NCBI GenBank assembly: GCA_947626395.1 | Contig: CANQRU010000004.1 | Location: forward strand, 21,524 to 85,523 | Length of the DNA stretch: 64,000 nt | Direction of reading: 5' to 3' | From: an uncultured Lachnospiraceae bacterium | GTDB lineage: Bacteria > Bacillota > Clostridia > Lachnospirales > Lachnospiraceae | Shown here: positions 38,073 through 48,451 of the stretch, piece by piece | Position numbering within the stretch: the stretch's first letter is position 1 | Layout of the letters: each line of letters opens with the position of its first letter | Made by a program: the position numbers and the translations under genes | The notes under the pieces: generated by a model | Databases searched by the model: none | Told to the model about the DNA's origin: nothing | The model's input: only the letters and a program-made list of their open reading frames with translations

Positions 38073-39707
38073 CTATTTCTTCTTGCCCATCGCCTTCTTC
38101 ACGAGCTTCTTCATCGCTCCGCTGCTTAAGAACGGCGCAAGCGCCATGATATTCGACATATCGGCGTCCGCGGCCTTAAGCGCCAGCCGGTCAAGCGTCT
38201 CATCCTCCAGAAACGGCGCAAGTGCCGGCAGCTGCGAGATATCCACTTCAGCCACCTTATCCGCCAGCCGGTTCAGCGTCTCATCCTCCAGAAATGGCGC
38301 AAGTTCCGCCAGCTGCGAAATATCTGCCTCAGCCACCTTATCCGCCAGTCGGTCCAGCGTCTCATCCTCCAGAAATGGCGCAAGTTTTGACAACTGCGAA
38401 ATATCCACCTCAGCTACCTTATCCGCCAGTCGGTTCAGCGTCTCATCCTCCAAAAACGGCGCAAGCGTTGTCATCAGCGACAGATCCACATCCATTATCC
38501 GATCCGCCAGCCGGTCAAGCGTCTCGTCACACAGAAACGGTGCAAGCTCCGGCAGCCTGGACATCTCCGTATCCATCAGCCGGTCTGCCAGCTGGTCAAG
38601 TGTCTCATCGCTCAGGAACGGAGCGAGCGCCACCATCTGTGAAACATCGACATCCGCCAGCCGGTCCGCCAGATGATCCAGCGTATCATCATCCAGGAAC
38701 GGGGCAAGCGCTGCGATCCGCTCTACAGTTACTTCGGAATCTTCCATCTCCTCCACTAATTCATCCAGATCCTCATCATCCATAAATGGGGCCAGCTGCA
38801 GCAGAAGATCCCAATCGATCCCGCCATCCGGCTTCTCAGCCTCGCCTGCGAACCGGAGAATTTCATCCGGCTGCAGCAGTGGAACCACCGCGGCCAGTTC
38901 CTCCGCGGTTATGCGATCCGACGATGACGGTGATTCCGAAGACGTCGGCGGTGCCGGCGATACAGGGGAACACGGCGACTCCGATGGTATAGGAGGAACC
39001 GGCGGCACTGGCGGCACCGGCGGCACTGGTGGCACTGGTGGCACTGGCGGCACCGGCGGTACCGCAGGTACTGCCGGCATCCTTGAGAGCTTAGGAAACC
39101 TGGCGAATCTTCCAAACCGCGGGCTTTTCGCCGTCTCTTTTCCCTGCAGCGTTCCCTGGCTGTGCGCCGTCTCCTGCTGACTGTCCGCGGGTCCGCCTCC
39201 GCCTTCTGTCTCTCCTGGCTTCTCCGCCGTTTCCGCCAGACTGTCCTCTGGATCTCTTTCCAGCTTCTCCGAGCCGTTTTTCATTTCCTCTTCCGTTTCC
39301 CCCGCGCTTCCGTTCCCCTTCGGAGGCCTTTTCGCCGCGTATACCTCCGCCCGTTCTTCCAGAGCGGCTGTGCCCGCCCCCTCTTCTAAGGAGACCGCGT
39401 CCGTCTTCTCTTCCGAGACGCCTGCCTCCGCTCTTTTCTCAGAACCGGCCGTACCTGCCTCCAGCCGCCGTTCCACCTTCCGGATCACGCCGGCCATCTC
39501 GCCGCCCAGCAGTTCATCCACGCTCATATCAAGCACCGCGCACAGTTCGCCAAGCTTCGAGATGTCGGGCATCGAATTACCTCTCTCCCAGTTGGAAACC
39601 GCCTGATAGCTGACCCCCATCTCGTCCGCCAGCTGCATCTGCGTCATATTTTTGGCGATCCGCCTTCCGCGAATCCGTCTCGCGACTTCTCGTGTATCGA
39701 ATGTCAT
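38073..39707 (-). CDS. XRE HTH protein with Pro-rich linker and nine LAPFL helical repeats
   Basis: MTQMQLADEMGVSYQAVSNWERG; (PPV)n tract; 27-aa repeats. Confidence 0.85.
   Translation of the reverse strand: MTFDTREVARRIRGRRIAKNMTQMQLADEMGVSYQAVSNWERGNSMPDISKLGELCAVLDMSVDELLGGEMAGVIRKVERRLEAGTAGSEKRAEAGVSEEKTDAVSLEEGAGTAALEERAEVYAAKRPPKGNGSAGETEEEMKNGSEKLERDPEDSLAETAEKPGETEGGGGPADSQQETAHSQGTLQGKETAKSPRFGRFARFPKLSRMPAVPAVPPVPPVPPVPPVPPVPPVPPVPPIPSESPCSPVSPAPPTSSESPSSSDRITAEELAAVVPLLQPDEILRFAGEAEKPDGGIDWDLLLQLAPFMDDEDLDELVEEMEDSEVTVERIAALAPFLDDDTLDHLADRLADVDVSQMVALAPFLSDETLDQLADRLMDTEMSRLPELAPFLCDETLDRLADRIMDVDLSLMTTLAPFLEDETLNRLADKVAEVDISQLSKLAPFLEDETLDRLADKVAEADISQLAELAPFLEDETLNRLADKVAEVDISQLPALAPFLEDETLDRLALKAADADMSNIMALAPFLSSGAMKKLVKKAMGKKK
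38993..39078 (-). repeat. 9-bp tandem repeat encoding (PPV)n
   Basis: GGCGGCACT/GGTGGCACT/GGCGGCACC units. Confidence 0.85.
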
Positions 39708-39899
39708 TTCCGTTCCTCGCTTTCTCAAGTTTTGTTCTTGCTGCTGCATGTTATCACTCCGGTTTCTCCGCAGGCAATGCGCCGGCTGCCGCCTGCATAT
39801 CCCTACACTACCACGCAATTCTCCCAAAGCCAAGCAAGCAGCGCTTGAGATACAGGCAACTCTATTATCACTTGAGTCCGCTTCCGATCGGCCGAGGCA

Positions 39900-40046
39900 T
39901 CTCAGCATACGATCTCCACCAAATCGCGGTATCTTGGCACACGATCTCCGCGCGGCCGCGGCACCTCAACACACGATTGCCATCCAGCCGCCGCGCCTCA
40001 GCACACGATCTCCACCCTGGCGCCGCGCCTCAGCACACGATCTCCG
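39900..40046. repeat. Five-copy 32-bp tandem repeat derived from the sbcC 3' end
   Basis: Core ACGATCTCC at 39909, 39941, 39973 (variant), 40005, 40037. Confidence 0.85.
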
Positions 40047-42942
40047 CACGGCTGCCGCCGCTCTTCTCCTTCGTCACGACGATCTGCTTATCGATCTTCT
40101 CCCGCAGCTCCGCCACATGGGAAATGATACCCACCAGACGGTTCCCCTCCGTGAGTCCCGCCAGCGCATTCATGGCCTGTCCCAGAGATTCCTCGTCAAG
40201 CGAGCCGAAGCCCTCATCCACGAACATCGTGTCAAGCCGCACGCCGCCGGCTGACGACTGGATCTCATCGGAAAGCCCCAGCGCCAGGGACAGAGACGCC
40301 TTAAAGGATTCGCCGCCGGACAATGTCTTCACGCTGCGCTCCGTGCCGTTGTAATGATCGATCACGTCCAGTTCCAGGCCGCTCTGGCTCTTATTGTTCT
40401 CCGCCTCACGGCGGCGCTTCAGCTCGTACTGCCCGCCGGACATCACCAGGAAGCGCCGGTTGGCCCTCGCGATGATCCGGTCGAAATAGGTCATCTGGAT
40501 GTAGGTTTCCAGCATGATCTTCTCCCTGCCGGTGATATTGCCGTTGGCCGTGTTGGACAGGGCGCGGATCCAGGCGTAGCGCTTCTCAAGCGTCTCCAGA
40601 TCTCCGGACTTTTCCCGAATATTCCTGAGGGCGTCCCGGTTGGCTTCCAGGCGCACCGCGATCCTCCGGGAATCCTCGATCCGGCTGCTCCGCTGACCGG
40701 CAAGCGTCTGCTTTCTCTCCGTCTCCGCCGCCCGGTCGAGACCAGCATCTCCTTCCAGCTGCTTCTGAAGCTGCTCCGTTCCGGCCTGATATCCGGCGAT
40801 CTTCTGAGCCGAATCACGATACTTCTGCTCCGCGTCCGCCAGCGCCTTCTTCATTCGCACAAGCTGATCGCCCAGTTCCTTCGCCTTCGCTTCGGCAGTT
40901 CTTCTGCTGTCGTACCGCAGGTTCTTTCTGCGCTCCGCGATCTGTTCCTCGCGGGAACGCCGGGTAGCCGTATCGGACGCCAGTTCGGCCTCAAGACCGG
41001 CCGCCTGCTGCTTAAGCGCCGCCAGCGCAGTCTCCTTCTGCGGTACCTCCTGTTCCAATGCTGCCTTCCGCCGGACATTCCTCAGCTCAGCGGCAATCTC
41101 TTTCTCCAGGTCGCGAAGCTCCGCGGCGGCGGCAAGCAGCTCGCTTCCGATCTGCTTCTCCGCAGCGGATCGCCGCCCGGCGGCATCCTGCACCGCCGCT
41201 GCGCTTTCCGCACTGCCGCCGTATGTTCCCACGGCTTCTCCGGACACGCCGCCCGCGCTCTTCTTCTCCGCGGCCATGCCCCGCAGTTCGGCGCTTTCCC
41301 GTCCTGTCTCCGCTTTATCGCCACGGAAGGGCAGCAGCTCTCCGATCTGCCTGTCCAGACTTTCTTCCCTGGCCTCGATCGCCGAGCGCATCCCGGCGCA
41401 CCGCTCGCTCGCGGTTCGTGCCGCTTCCCGCGCGCTCTCCGCGATCTCCCGGGCCTTCTTAAGCTGCGCCTCGGAAGGCGCCTTCTCCGATTTGCCCGCC
41501 GGATGCGGATGATTTACGGAACCGCATACCGGACAAGGCCGCCCTTCGATCAGATTCTCCGCCAGGATCCCCGCCTGCTCATCCAGAAACGCCCGGTTCT
41601 TCGTCTCATAATCGTCCACGGCAGCTTTCTCTGAAGCCACCGCTCTCCGGTACTCCTGCTGCCGCTGCGCAAGCGCCTGCCGCCGCGACTCCAGGTCCTT
41701 AAAGCCTTCCTGCAGATCTCTAAGCCCCTTCTGCCGCTCGGCCGCACGCGCCTTCCGCGCTTCCAGCCTTTCCCGCTTCTCTCCCGCTCCAGCTAACGCC
41801 GCCAGCTCCTGCTTCATCTCTCCCAGCATCCGCTCTTCCCGCTGCGCCGCCTGCCGCTTCTGCTCAAGCGCTCCTTCCTTCTCACGGACACCGGCCGTCA
41901 GCCGCTCCGCTTCCTTCTCCAGATTCGCCAGCTCCTCATACCGCGGCAGCTCCGCCTCTATCTCCGCTTTCTGCGCAGCCAGCACGTCCCCTTCCGCGCT
42001 TCGCGCCTTCTCAGCTTCCCAGGCGTCCTTAAAACCATCGAAACGCGCCGTTTCCTCCTCCAGCGCCCCGCGCGTCCGCTCCAGCTCATGCCGCGCTTTC
42101 TCCTGCATTTCCAGCTTTCCCAGATTGGCGTTCACCTGCTCCAGCTGCTGATCCAGCCCTTCGATCTCCCGGGAAATAAGACGGCCCCTCTCTTCATCCT
42201 TCTCAATCAGCCGCCCGATCAGCTCTGTTACTTCAGCCGCCGGCAGCTCGTCGTTCTTCGCCTTCCGCACATCGATGGACAGCACGTCGTCTTCCCCGCA
42301 CATCACGCCTCCGACGTACTGCTTCAGGCTCCGCCTGGCGTCTGCGCACGCATCGTTCATCGCGCCGGACTCCCGCTTCAGCCGCTCCTGCAGATCCGCG
42401 AACAGCCGCGTCTTAAAGATCTGCCGGAAGATCTTCTTCCTCTCTTCCGTCGGCGCCAGCAGAAGCTTTAAGAAATCCCCCTGAGCGATCATGGCGATCT
42501 GCAGAAACTGGTTCCGGTCGATCCCCATGATCACACGGACGGCCGCGTCCACCTCTCTCTGCTTCGTGATAATGCGCCCGTCCGGATACATAAGTTCCGC
42601 ATCCGCTCTCTGCAGCGTGACCCCCTCGCCTCTGGCCTTCGGCCGCTCGTATTCCGGATTTCGCCTCACCTTATACGTCTTTCCGGCATAAGAAAACTCC
42701 AGTTCCACCTCCGTCGGCGTCTCCGGCGCCGCGTATTTGGAACGGAACATCCCCGGCTCCCGCATGTCTCCGCTGGCCTCCCCATAGAGGGCAAATGTGA
42801 TCGCGTCGAAGATCGTCGTCTTGCCCGCTCCTGTATCTCCCGTGATCAGATAAAGTCCGCTCTCCCCCAGCCGGTCCAGGGGCAGCACCATTTTCCCGGC
42901 GTACGGCCCGAAGGCGGACATCGTCAATGTGATCGGTCTCAT
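40030..42942 (-). CDS. sbcC: SbcC/Rad50 SMC-family ATPase
   Basis: GDTGAGKTT, coiled coil, CPVCG zinc hook, LSGGESF, FVDEGFGSLD, IISH. Confidence 0.95.
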   Translation of the reverse strand: MRPITLTMSAFGPYAGKMVLPLDRLGESGLYLITGDTGAGKTTIFDAITFALYGEASGDMREPGMFRSKYAAPETPTEVELEFSYAGKTYKVRRNPEYERPKARGEGVTLQRADAELMYPDGRIITKQREVDAAVRVIMGIDRNQFLQIAMIAQGDFLKLLLAPTEERKKIFRQIFKTRLFADLQERLKRESGAMNDACADARRSLKQYVGGVMCGEDDVLSIDVRKAKNDELPAAEVTELIGRLIEKDEERGRLISREIEGLDQQLEQVNANLGKLEMQEKARHELERTRGALEEETARFDGFKDAWEAEKARSAEGDVLAAQKAEIEAELPRYEELANLEKEAERLTAGVREKEGALEQKRQAAQREERMLGEMKQELAALAGAGEKRERLEARKARAAERQKGLRDLQEGFKDLESRRQALAQRQQEYRRAVASEKAAVDDYETKNRAFLDEQAGILAENLIEGRPCPVCGSVNHPHPAGKSEKAPSEAQLKKAREIAESAREAARTASERCAGMRSAIEAREESLDRQIGELLPFRGDKAETGRESAELRGMAAEKKSAGGVSGEAVGTYGGSAESAAAVQDAAGRRSAAEKQIGSELLAAAAELRDLEKEIAAELRNVRRKAALEQEVPQKETALAALKQQAAGLEAELASDTATRRSREEQIAERRKNLRYDSRRTAEAKAKELGDQLVRMKKALADAEQKYRDSAQKIAGYQAGTEQLQKQLEGDAGLDRAAETERKQTLAGQRSSRIEDSRRIAVRLEANRDALRNIREKSGDLETLEKRYAWIRALSNTANGNITGREKIMLETYIQMTYFDRIIARANRRFLVMSGGQYELKRRREAENNKSQSGLELDVIDHYNGTERSVKTLSGGESFKASLSLALGLSDEIQSSAGGVRLDTMFVDEGFGSLDEESLGQAMNALAGLTEGNRLVGIISHVAELREKIDKQIVVTKEKSGGSRAEIVC

Positions 42943-44078
42943 AGCTCCTCCTCCCACGTCTTCTCGATCAGCTGCTCCATGAACGCGGCCTGCTCCTCGC
43001 TCATAGGCTGGTTATTCTGCAGCTCATAGAATTCCGCGAATAATTCCAGCGGCGTCCGGCTCTCCACATCCTCTGCGCCTGTAACCTGTACCCCGGCGCG
43101 CGTTCTTTTATTGTCATAATCCAGTTTCATGAGGTTATGGTAAATGATCCGCAGCTTGCCGATGGCGTCCGGCACGTCCTCCTCGTCCGTAAGCGTGATA
43201 TGGACGTAATCCTCCTGCCAGTTCGTATTTTCATAAAATGACCTAAGCGTCAGCTGCTCATAGGTGCCCTTAAGCTCCACCAGGTCCCGCTTCGGCACAA
43301 GCTCTGCTGTGCGGATCTTAAGGCTGCCCTTCTCCGCCAGCTCCACGACCGTCACCGATTTATAGTCGCCTGCCTCGGAGAACGAGTATTTTAACGGCGT
43401 CCCGCAGTAGCGGATCCGCTCCGAGCCGCAGTTCTGCGGCGAATGAATATGCCCCAGGGCCACATAGTCGAACTCCTTAAATACCTCCGCGTCCACATTG
43501 TCGGAACCGCCCACCGAGATCTCCTCCGATTCGGAGCGGGCGGCGCCGGTGACGAACTGGTGGGTAACGAGCACATTGCGGCGGGACAGATCCGGACACA
43601 TATCCGCAATGGCGCAGGCGACGGCGTCCGTATACGAAACGATCTCCTGATCCTCATGGAACCGCCGCACATGGGCCGGCTTTATAAACGGCAGCATATA
43701 GATATCCACCGGCCCGTACGCATCGTTCAGGGAAATGGGCTTTATGCGCCCGTCATAGACCGGCGACATATGGATCCCGCCCGCGTCCATGATCCTCGAC
43801 CCGAAGGCGATCCGCTCCGGCGAATCATGGTTCCCGCTGATCACGAACACCTCAAGTTTCCGTCTCGCCAGACTCACGAGAAATTCATCAAAGAGCTGTA
43901 CCGCTTCCGCAGGCGGAACGGATTTGTCATAGACGTCGCCCGCGATGATCACGCCGTCCGGCTGTTCCTCATCGATGACGCCCAGAATCTTCTTCAGTAT
44001 GTATTCCTGGTCATCCAGCATTGAATATTCATTGACACGTTTGCCCAGATGCAGGTCGGACAGATGGATCAGTTTCAT
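42939..44078 (-). CDS. sbcD: SbcD/Mre11 nuclease
   Basis: HLSDLHLG, AGDVYD, GNHDS, LGHIH, YCGTP. Confidence 0.95.
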   Translation of the reverse strand: MKLIHLSDLHLGKRVNEYSMLDDQEYILKKILGVIDEEQPDGVIIAGDVYDKSVPPAEAVQLFDEFLVSLARRKLEVFVISGNHDSPERIAFGSRIMDAGGIHMSPVYDGRIKPISLNDAYGPVDIYMLPFIKPAHVRRFHEDQEIVSYTDAVACAIADMCPDLSRRNVLVTHQFVTGAARSESEEISVGGSDNVDAEVFKEFDYVALGHIHSPQNCGSERIRYCGTPLKYSFSEAGDYKSVTVVELAEKGSLKIRTAELVPKRDLVELKGTYEQLTLRSFYENTNWQEDYVHITLTDEEDVPDAIGKLRIIYHNLMKLDYDNKRTRAGVQVTGAEDVESRTPLELFAEFYELQNNQPMSEEQAAFMEQLIEKTWEEEL

Positions 44079-44166
44079 GGCGTTCCCTCCTGTATTTTCC
44101 GCTGCATTCATTATAAACTGTAGCCGGACGCTATGCAAGCGGAAAGCGCCGACCGGATGGCACAGT

Positions 44167-44336
44167 CCGACAGGCATGATATCGACAGCCCGACAGACAT
44201 GGTATCGACGAGCCGACAGGCACTGTATCGACAGAACGGCAGGCATAGAATCGACGAGCCGACAGGCACTACGTCGACAGCCCGATGGGCACAGTGTTAA
44301 CGACTCGGCAAATACAATGTTGACAGTCCGGCACAC
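44167..44336. repeat. Seven-plus copies of a 23-bp degenerate tandem repeat upstream of sbcD
   Basis: CCGACAGGCA....TCGAC unit starting at 44167, 44190, 44213, 44236, 44259, 44282, 44305, 44328. Confidence 0.85.
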
Positions 44337-44539
44337 ACATATCCCCCGCCGCCTGCATGATAAACGTCATTTCTGTACATACTATGTTATCCCATTGCAG
44401 CAACTTCTTCCAAACGTCCCCCGGTAGCCTGCGCGATAAAATTCATTTATAAATGCTTGGCTGTCCGCAGTTTTCGCGCTATACTATAACAAGCATCATT
44501 GAAACGCCACAGTACAAAAATCCAGAGGAATATGACCCC

Positions 44540-45406
44540 ATGAACCGTATCATATCCTGGCTGCGGATGACCGACTGGAATATGGACACACCCGCGCCAT
44601 ATTCATTATTCCATATAGCTGTATCCACCGTTGGCATCGCCGCGGCCCTGTGGCTGGCCTGGCGGCTGTCCCAGCCCGCGCCGGGCAGGACATCACCCAC
44701 CACTATGACCGGAACAATGGATACCTCTCGGCCGCCGGCATCTTGTACCGCAACTGAGCCGCAGGACAGCTCGAGGAAAATATGCCGCGTCCTGTTCCTC
44801 TGCGGCCTTCTTCTGGCAGCCGGAGAACTTTATAAGCAGCTCTTCTTATACTACGTAATCTTCGGTACCTATAACTGGTGGTATTTCCCGTTCCAGCTCT
44901 GCAGCATCCCCATGTACCTCTGCCTGCTGCTGCCCCTCTTCCGCAGACACGAGAAAATGTTCCGCATCATCTGCACCTTTCTTCAGGATTTCAGCCTTCT
45001 GGGCGGCATCATGGCGCTGGCGGAGCCGTCCGGCCTTCTGCACCCTTACTGGACGCTGACCATGCACGGCCTGATCTGGCACATCCTGCTGGTCTTTATC
45101 GGACTGGTAATGGCGTTCTCACAGATCCCGGACCGGACAAACACCGGATATCTTCGGACTCTCCCGATGATGGCCGCCTTCTGCGCAGTCGCCACCGCGA
45201 TCAACATCGCCACCGGAGGCGCGGCGGATATGTTTTACATTTCCCCTTACTATCCGGTGACGCAGGTAGTGTTCTACCAGATATCCCTGCAGCTGGGAAC
45301 CGGAGCAGGCATCTGTATCTATGTTCTCTGTCTCTGTGCCGGCGGATATCTCTGCCATTTGCTGTCAGGACGGCTGAACCGTACATTTCATTTCGACAAA
45401 TTTTAA
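44540..45406 (+). CDS. YwaF/TMEM164-like integral membrane protein
   Basis: PYSLFH, PFQLCS, HGLIWH; multiple TM helices. Confidence 0.7.
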   Translation: MNRIISWLRMTDWNMDTPAPYSLFHIAVSTVGIAAALWLAWRLSQPAPGRTSPTTMTGTMDTSRPPASCTATEPQDSSRKICRVLFLCGLLLAAGELYKQLFLYYVIFGTYNWWYFPFQLCSIPMYLCLLLPLFRRHEKMFRIICTFLQDFSLLGGIMALAEPSGLLHPYWTLTMHGLIWHILLVFIGLVMAFSQIPDRTNTGYLRTLPMMAAFCAVATAINIATGGAADMFYISPYYPVTQVVFYQISLQLGTGAGICIYVLCLCAGGYLCHLLSGRLNRTFHFDKF

Positions 45407-45695
45407 TCATATACGGACGCTCTGCTCACAGGGAAATGCAAAAACCCTTCGCCGGCAGATTCCTTGCATACCAATACAAACATAGCATCACCGGCACTCT
45501 GCCCGCACGGAACATAATACAAGCAGAGCGTCACTGGTGTTCTGCTTGCATAGAAATACAGCCGGCGTCTGGCTTCTCCCCGACACCGGCTGTGTATTTC
45601 ATAACCTCTTATTCTGCTTCAGATCCCGGACGTTTTCGTCCGATTCCGCTCTGCTCCAAATACTTCCGCTCCGGAAGCATTTCCTATCCTCCGAT

Positions 45696-46907
45696 TTACC
45701 GGAAATTATAGTACAGCTGCCCCGGCTGAAGCTGAACGCCCTTGGCCTGGGCCATCTCGCTGACTGTCACCAGCTGATATCCCCTGGCAATCAATTCCGG
45801 TACGATCGTCTCCGTGGCTGTCGCCGTCGCGTCGTACAACTCATGCATCAGAACAATATCTCCGTCGCGGACTTTGCTCAGCACCTCGTCAATGGTTTTC
45901 TGCGCGTTCTTGTGCTCCCAATCCCTGGTATCGATACTCCACTGGATCATGGGATAATTCACATTGGCCAGAACCGTCGAATTCTTATTCCCGCCCGGCA
46001 GGCGCACAAGCGCCGGCGCCACTCCTCCGGCGGCGGCAATCGCCGCGCTGCCCTGATCGATCTGGTACCGGATCTGCTCCGCTCCCAATTTCTGCAGGTA
46101 CTTATGCTGATACGTATGGTTGCCCACCTCATGGCCTTCCGCCACCATGCGCTGCACTTCAGAAGCGCGGGACGCACAGCGGTCTCCTACCAGGAAGAAC
46201 GTAGCCTTGGCGCCATACTGTGCCAATGTGTCCAGAATCCGGTTGCCGGCGCCAGTCTGCGGACCGTCGTCATAAGTCAATGCCACCATCGGGCGGTTCG
46301 GATCGATAACTCTGCCAGCCGCGGGCGGTTCCTCAACGACCTCCGCGCTGCCCTGATCCTCCGATGTATTCGCCGGACCGGGGCCAAGCGGTCCCAAAGG
46401 TCCGAAACCGGGAGACGGTGTTTGCGTGCCGCTGTCTGCTGCCGGTCCGGAACCGGACGGACCATTGCCCATCGGGCCTGTTCCGAGAGACGGCGTCCCT
46501 GTCCCCAACGGGCCCTGCGGTGTTCCGGGCTGCCCCTGCGTCTGCTGCCCATTTCCCGTCAGAGGCCCTGTCTGCGACGTCTGGGTATATCCCAGAGGCC
46601 CCGCCGTACGGATCTGCACATTTCCCGCGTCGTCAATCCACGCACCGTCCGCATTCACCCTGTAATTATCCGGCGTCACCGTATTCGCCAGCATATAACC
46701 GTCCGTGTTGAAATAATAGCATTCGGACACGCCATTATTATCTCCGTCCAGCCAGTACCAGCCGCCGCTCAGCCATGACGTACCGCTGTCGTCGTTCATG
46801 TACCTCCACCCCCCGTTATCTGCCACCCAGCCTTTCGCATACGCGCTTCCGGCCATCGCGCAGGCCATTGCCGCGGCCAGAACAGCGGCCGTCCAGAATC
46901 TTCTCAT
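45696..46907 (-). CDS. Secreted polysaccharide deacetylase (CE4) with N-terminal cell-wall-binding repeats
   Basis: Signal peptide, GWYWLDG..YYFNTDGYM, Gly/Pro linker, ALTYDDGP, NHTYQH, RLPGG, VLMHE. Confidence 0.9.
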   Translation of the reverse strand: MRRFWTAAVLAAAMACAMAGSAYAKGWVADNGGWRYMNDDSGTSWLSGGWYWLDGDNNGVSECYYFNTDGYMLANTVTPDNYRVNADGAWIDDAGNVQIRTAGPLGYTQTSQTGPLTGNGQQTQGQPGTPQGPLGTGTPSLGTGPMGNGPSGSGPAADSGTQTPSPGFGPLGPLGPGPANTSEDQGSAEVVEEPPAAGRVIDPNRPMVALTYDDGPQTGAGNRILDTLAQYGAKATFFLVGDRCASRASEVQRMVAEGHEVGNHTYQHKYLQKLGAEQIRYQIDQGSAAIAAAGGVAPALVRLPGGNKNSTVLANVNYPMIQWSIDTRDWEHKNAQKTIDEVLSKVRDGDIVLMHELYDATATATETIVPELIARGYQLVTVSEMAQAKGVQLQPGQLYYNFR

Positions 46908-47041
46908 TGGAATCTCCTCCTTCTGCGAAAACCGTCTCCCTCGTCGGTTTTCACAGTTGTTGTATTTGTATCAATATTTGATATTATAAGACAATTTTCG
47001 ACAAATGTAAACGGCATATCGTCTGCCAGTTTGCACCATCG

Positions 47042-47165
47042 CCGGTTTCAACTGTTAGGCCGTCACGTCGCACCATACCGGTTTCAGCGGCCAAATCATT
47101 ACGCCGCACCGGTTTCAGCTTTCAGACCGTCACGCCGTGTCGGTTTCAATTGTCAGGCCGTCGCA
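47042..47165. repeat. Four degenerate 31-36-bp repeats with CGGTTTCA core
   Basis: Cores at 47042, 47078, 47109, 47140. Confidence 0.6.
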
Positions 47166-47214
47166 TCAAGCAGAAAGCAGCTCGCAGCTGCCGGCCGCCG
47201 CGCTGGCGGCATTA

Positions 47215-48426
47215 TCATCCTGCCGCATTGAACACATATCTGTCCAGCCGCTCAAACGCTTCCCGCACCCGTGAAAGAGGCAGCGCCAGGTTCATGCGGA
47301 TATGACAGGGCCCGTGGAACATCCGCCCGTCCTGCCACGCCACGCCCACGTCCCATCCGGCTTTCTCCAGCCAGTCGATGTCCTTTCCGTGGGCTTTACA
47401 CCATTTCGTGCAGTCCAGGAAAAGCATATAGGTTCCCTCCGGCTTGGCCACTTCCACTCCCTCGAAATGCTTCGCGATGTAATCGCAGGCGAAGTTGATA
47501 TTGCCGGTGATCACCTGGCAGAGCTCGTCCACCCACTCGTACCCCTCCGGCTTATACGCGCCGATCAGAGCGTGCATGGAGAAAACATTTAAAGAATTGT
47601 AATGGGGCTTCTCGCTTTTTGCCGCCACCCGGTCCCGCAGATAGGAATTGTAAATGATATGGTAACTGCCCACCAGTCCCGCCAGATTAAATGTCTTGCT
47701 GGGCGCATACAGGGCCACAGTCCGGTTCCTGGCATCCTCGCTGACCATCTGGGTCGGCACATGCTCATGACCGGTCAGAATGATATCCGACCAGATTTCA
47801 TCGGAAATCACCAGGCAGTCGTTGGCCTTATACACCTCCATGGCCTTCTCGATCTCCCACCGCTCCCAGACGCGTCCGCAGGGATTGTGGGGGCTGCAGA
47901 AGACGGCCACATGGATTTTCTCCGCCTTCAGCTTCGCGTCCATATCCTCATAGTCCATGCGCCAGACGCCATTTTCATCCTTCTTAAGCGGTGAATGGAC
48001 GATGCGAAAGCCGTTATTCCCGATACAGCCGGTGAAACCGATATAAGTCGGGCTGTGCAGCAGCACCGGATCCCCCGGAGCTGCGAACGCGGTCAGCGCC
48101 GAGACCACGCCGCCCAGAACGCCGTTCTCGTAGCCGATGCACTCCTTCGTAAGCCCAGTGACACCGTGGCGCTTCTCCTGCCAGCGGATGATGGAATCGT
48201 AATACTCGTCCGTCAGTTCAAAATACCCGTAAGCCGGGTGCTTCGCCCTCTCGATGATCGCCTCCGGGATCGTCGGACAGGTGGGGAAATTCATATCCGC
48301 CACCCACATGGGGATTACATCGAATCCCTTCCGCGGCTTCGCCGGCGCCATGCCCGTGCCAAGACCGTCCACCGCGATGGCGTCCCGGCCATGGCGGTCC
48401 ATAATGGATGTAAAGTCGTATTTCAT
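47215..48426 (-). CDS. patB: PatB/MalY-family cystathionine beta-lyase
   Basis: MWVADMNF, SPHNPCGR, SDEIW, APSKTFNLAG; true start at 48426 after AAGGAGG. Confidence 0.9.
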   Translation of the reverse strand: MKYDFTSIMDRHGRDAIAVDGLGTGMAPAKPRKGFDVIPMWVADMNFPTCPTIPEAIIERAKHPAYGYFELTDEYYDSIIRWQEKRHGVTGLTKECIGYENGVLGGVVSALTAFAAPGDPVLLHSPTYIGFTGCIGNNGFRIVHSPLKKDENGVWRMDYEDMDAKLKAEKIHVAVFCSPHNPCGRVWERWEIEKAMEVYKANDCLVISDEIWSDIILTGHEHVPTQMVSEDARNRTVALYAPSKTFNLAGLVGSYHIIYNSYLRDRVAAKSEKPHYNSLNVFSMHALIGAYKPEGYEWVDELCQVITGNINFACDYIAKHFEGVEVAKPEGTYMLFLDCTKWCKAHGKDIDWLEKAGWDVGVAWQDGRMFHGPCHIRMNLALPLSRVREAFERLDRYVFNAAG

Positions 48427-48451
48427 GTTGTGTCCTCCTTTGATGTCGGTA

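Noticed and set aside
38073-39707. Prophage repressor marking a prophage
   Set aside because: No integrase, structural or replication phage genes nearby.
39900-40046. CRISPR array
   Set aside because: The total period is only 32 bp, the variable part is ~14 bp and related between units, the core derives from the sbcC coding end, and there are no cas genes.
44167-44336. CRISPR array
   Set aside because: Contiguous 23-bp tandem units with no unique spacers.
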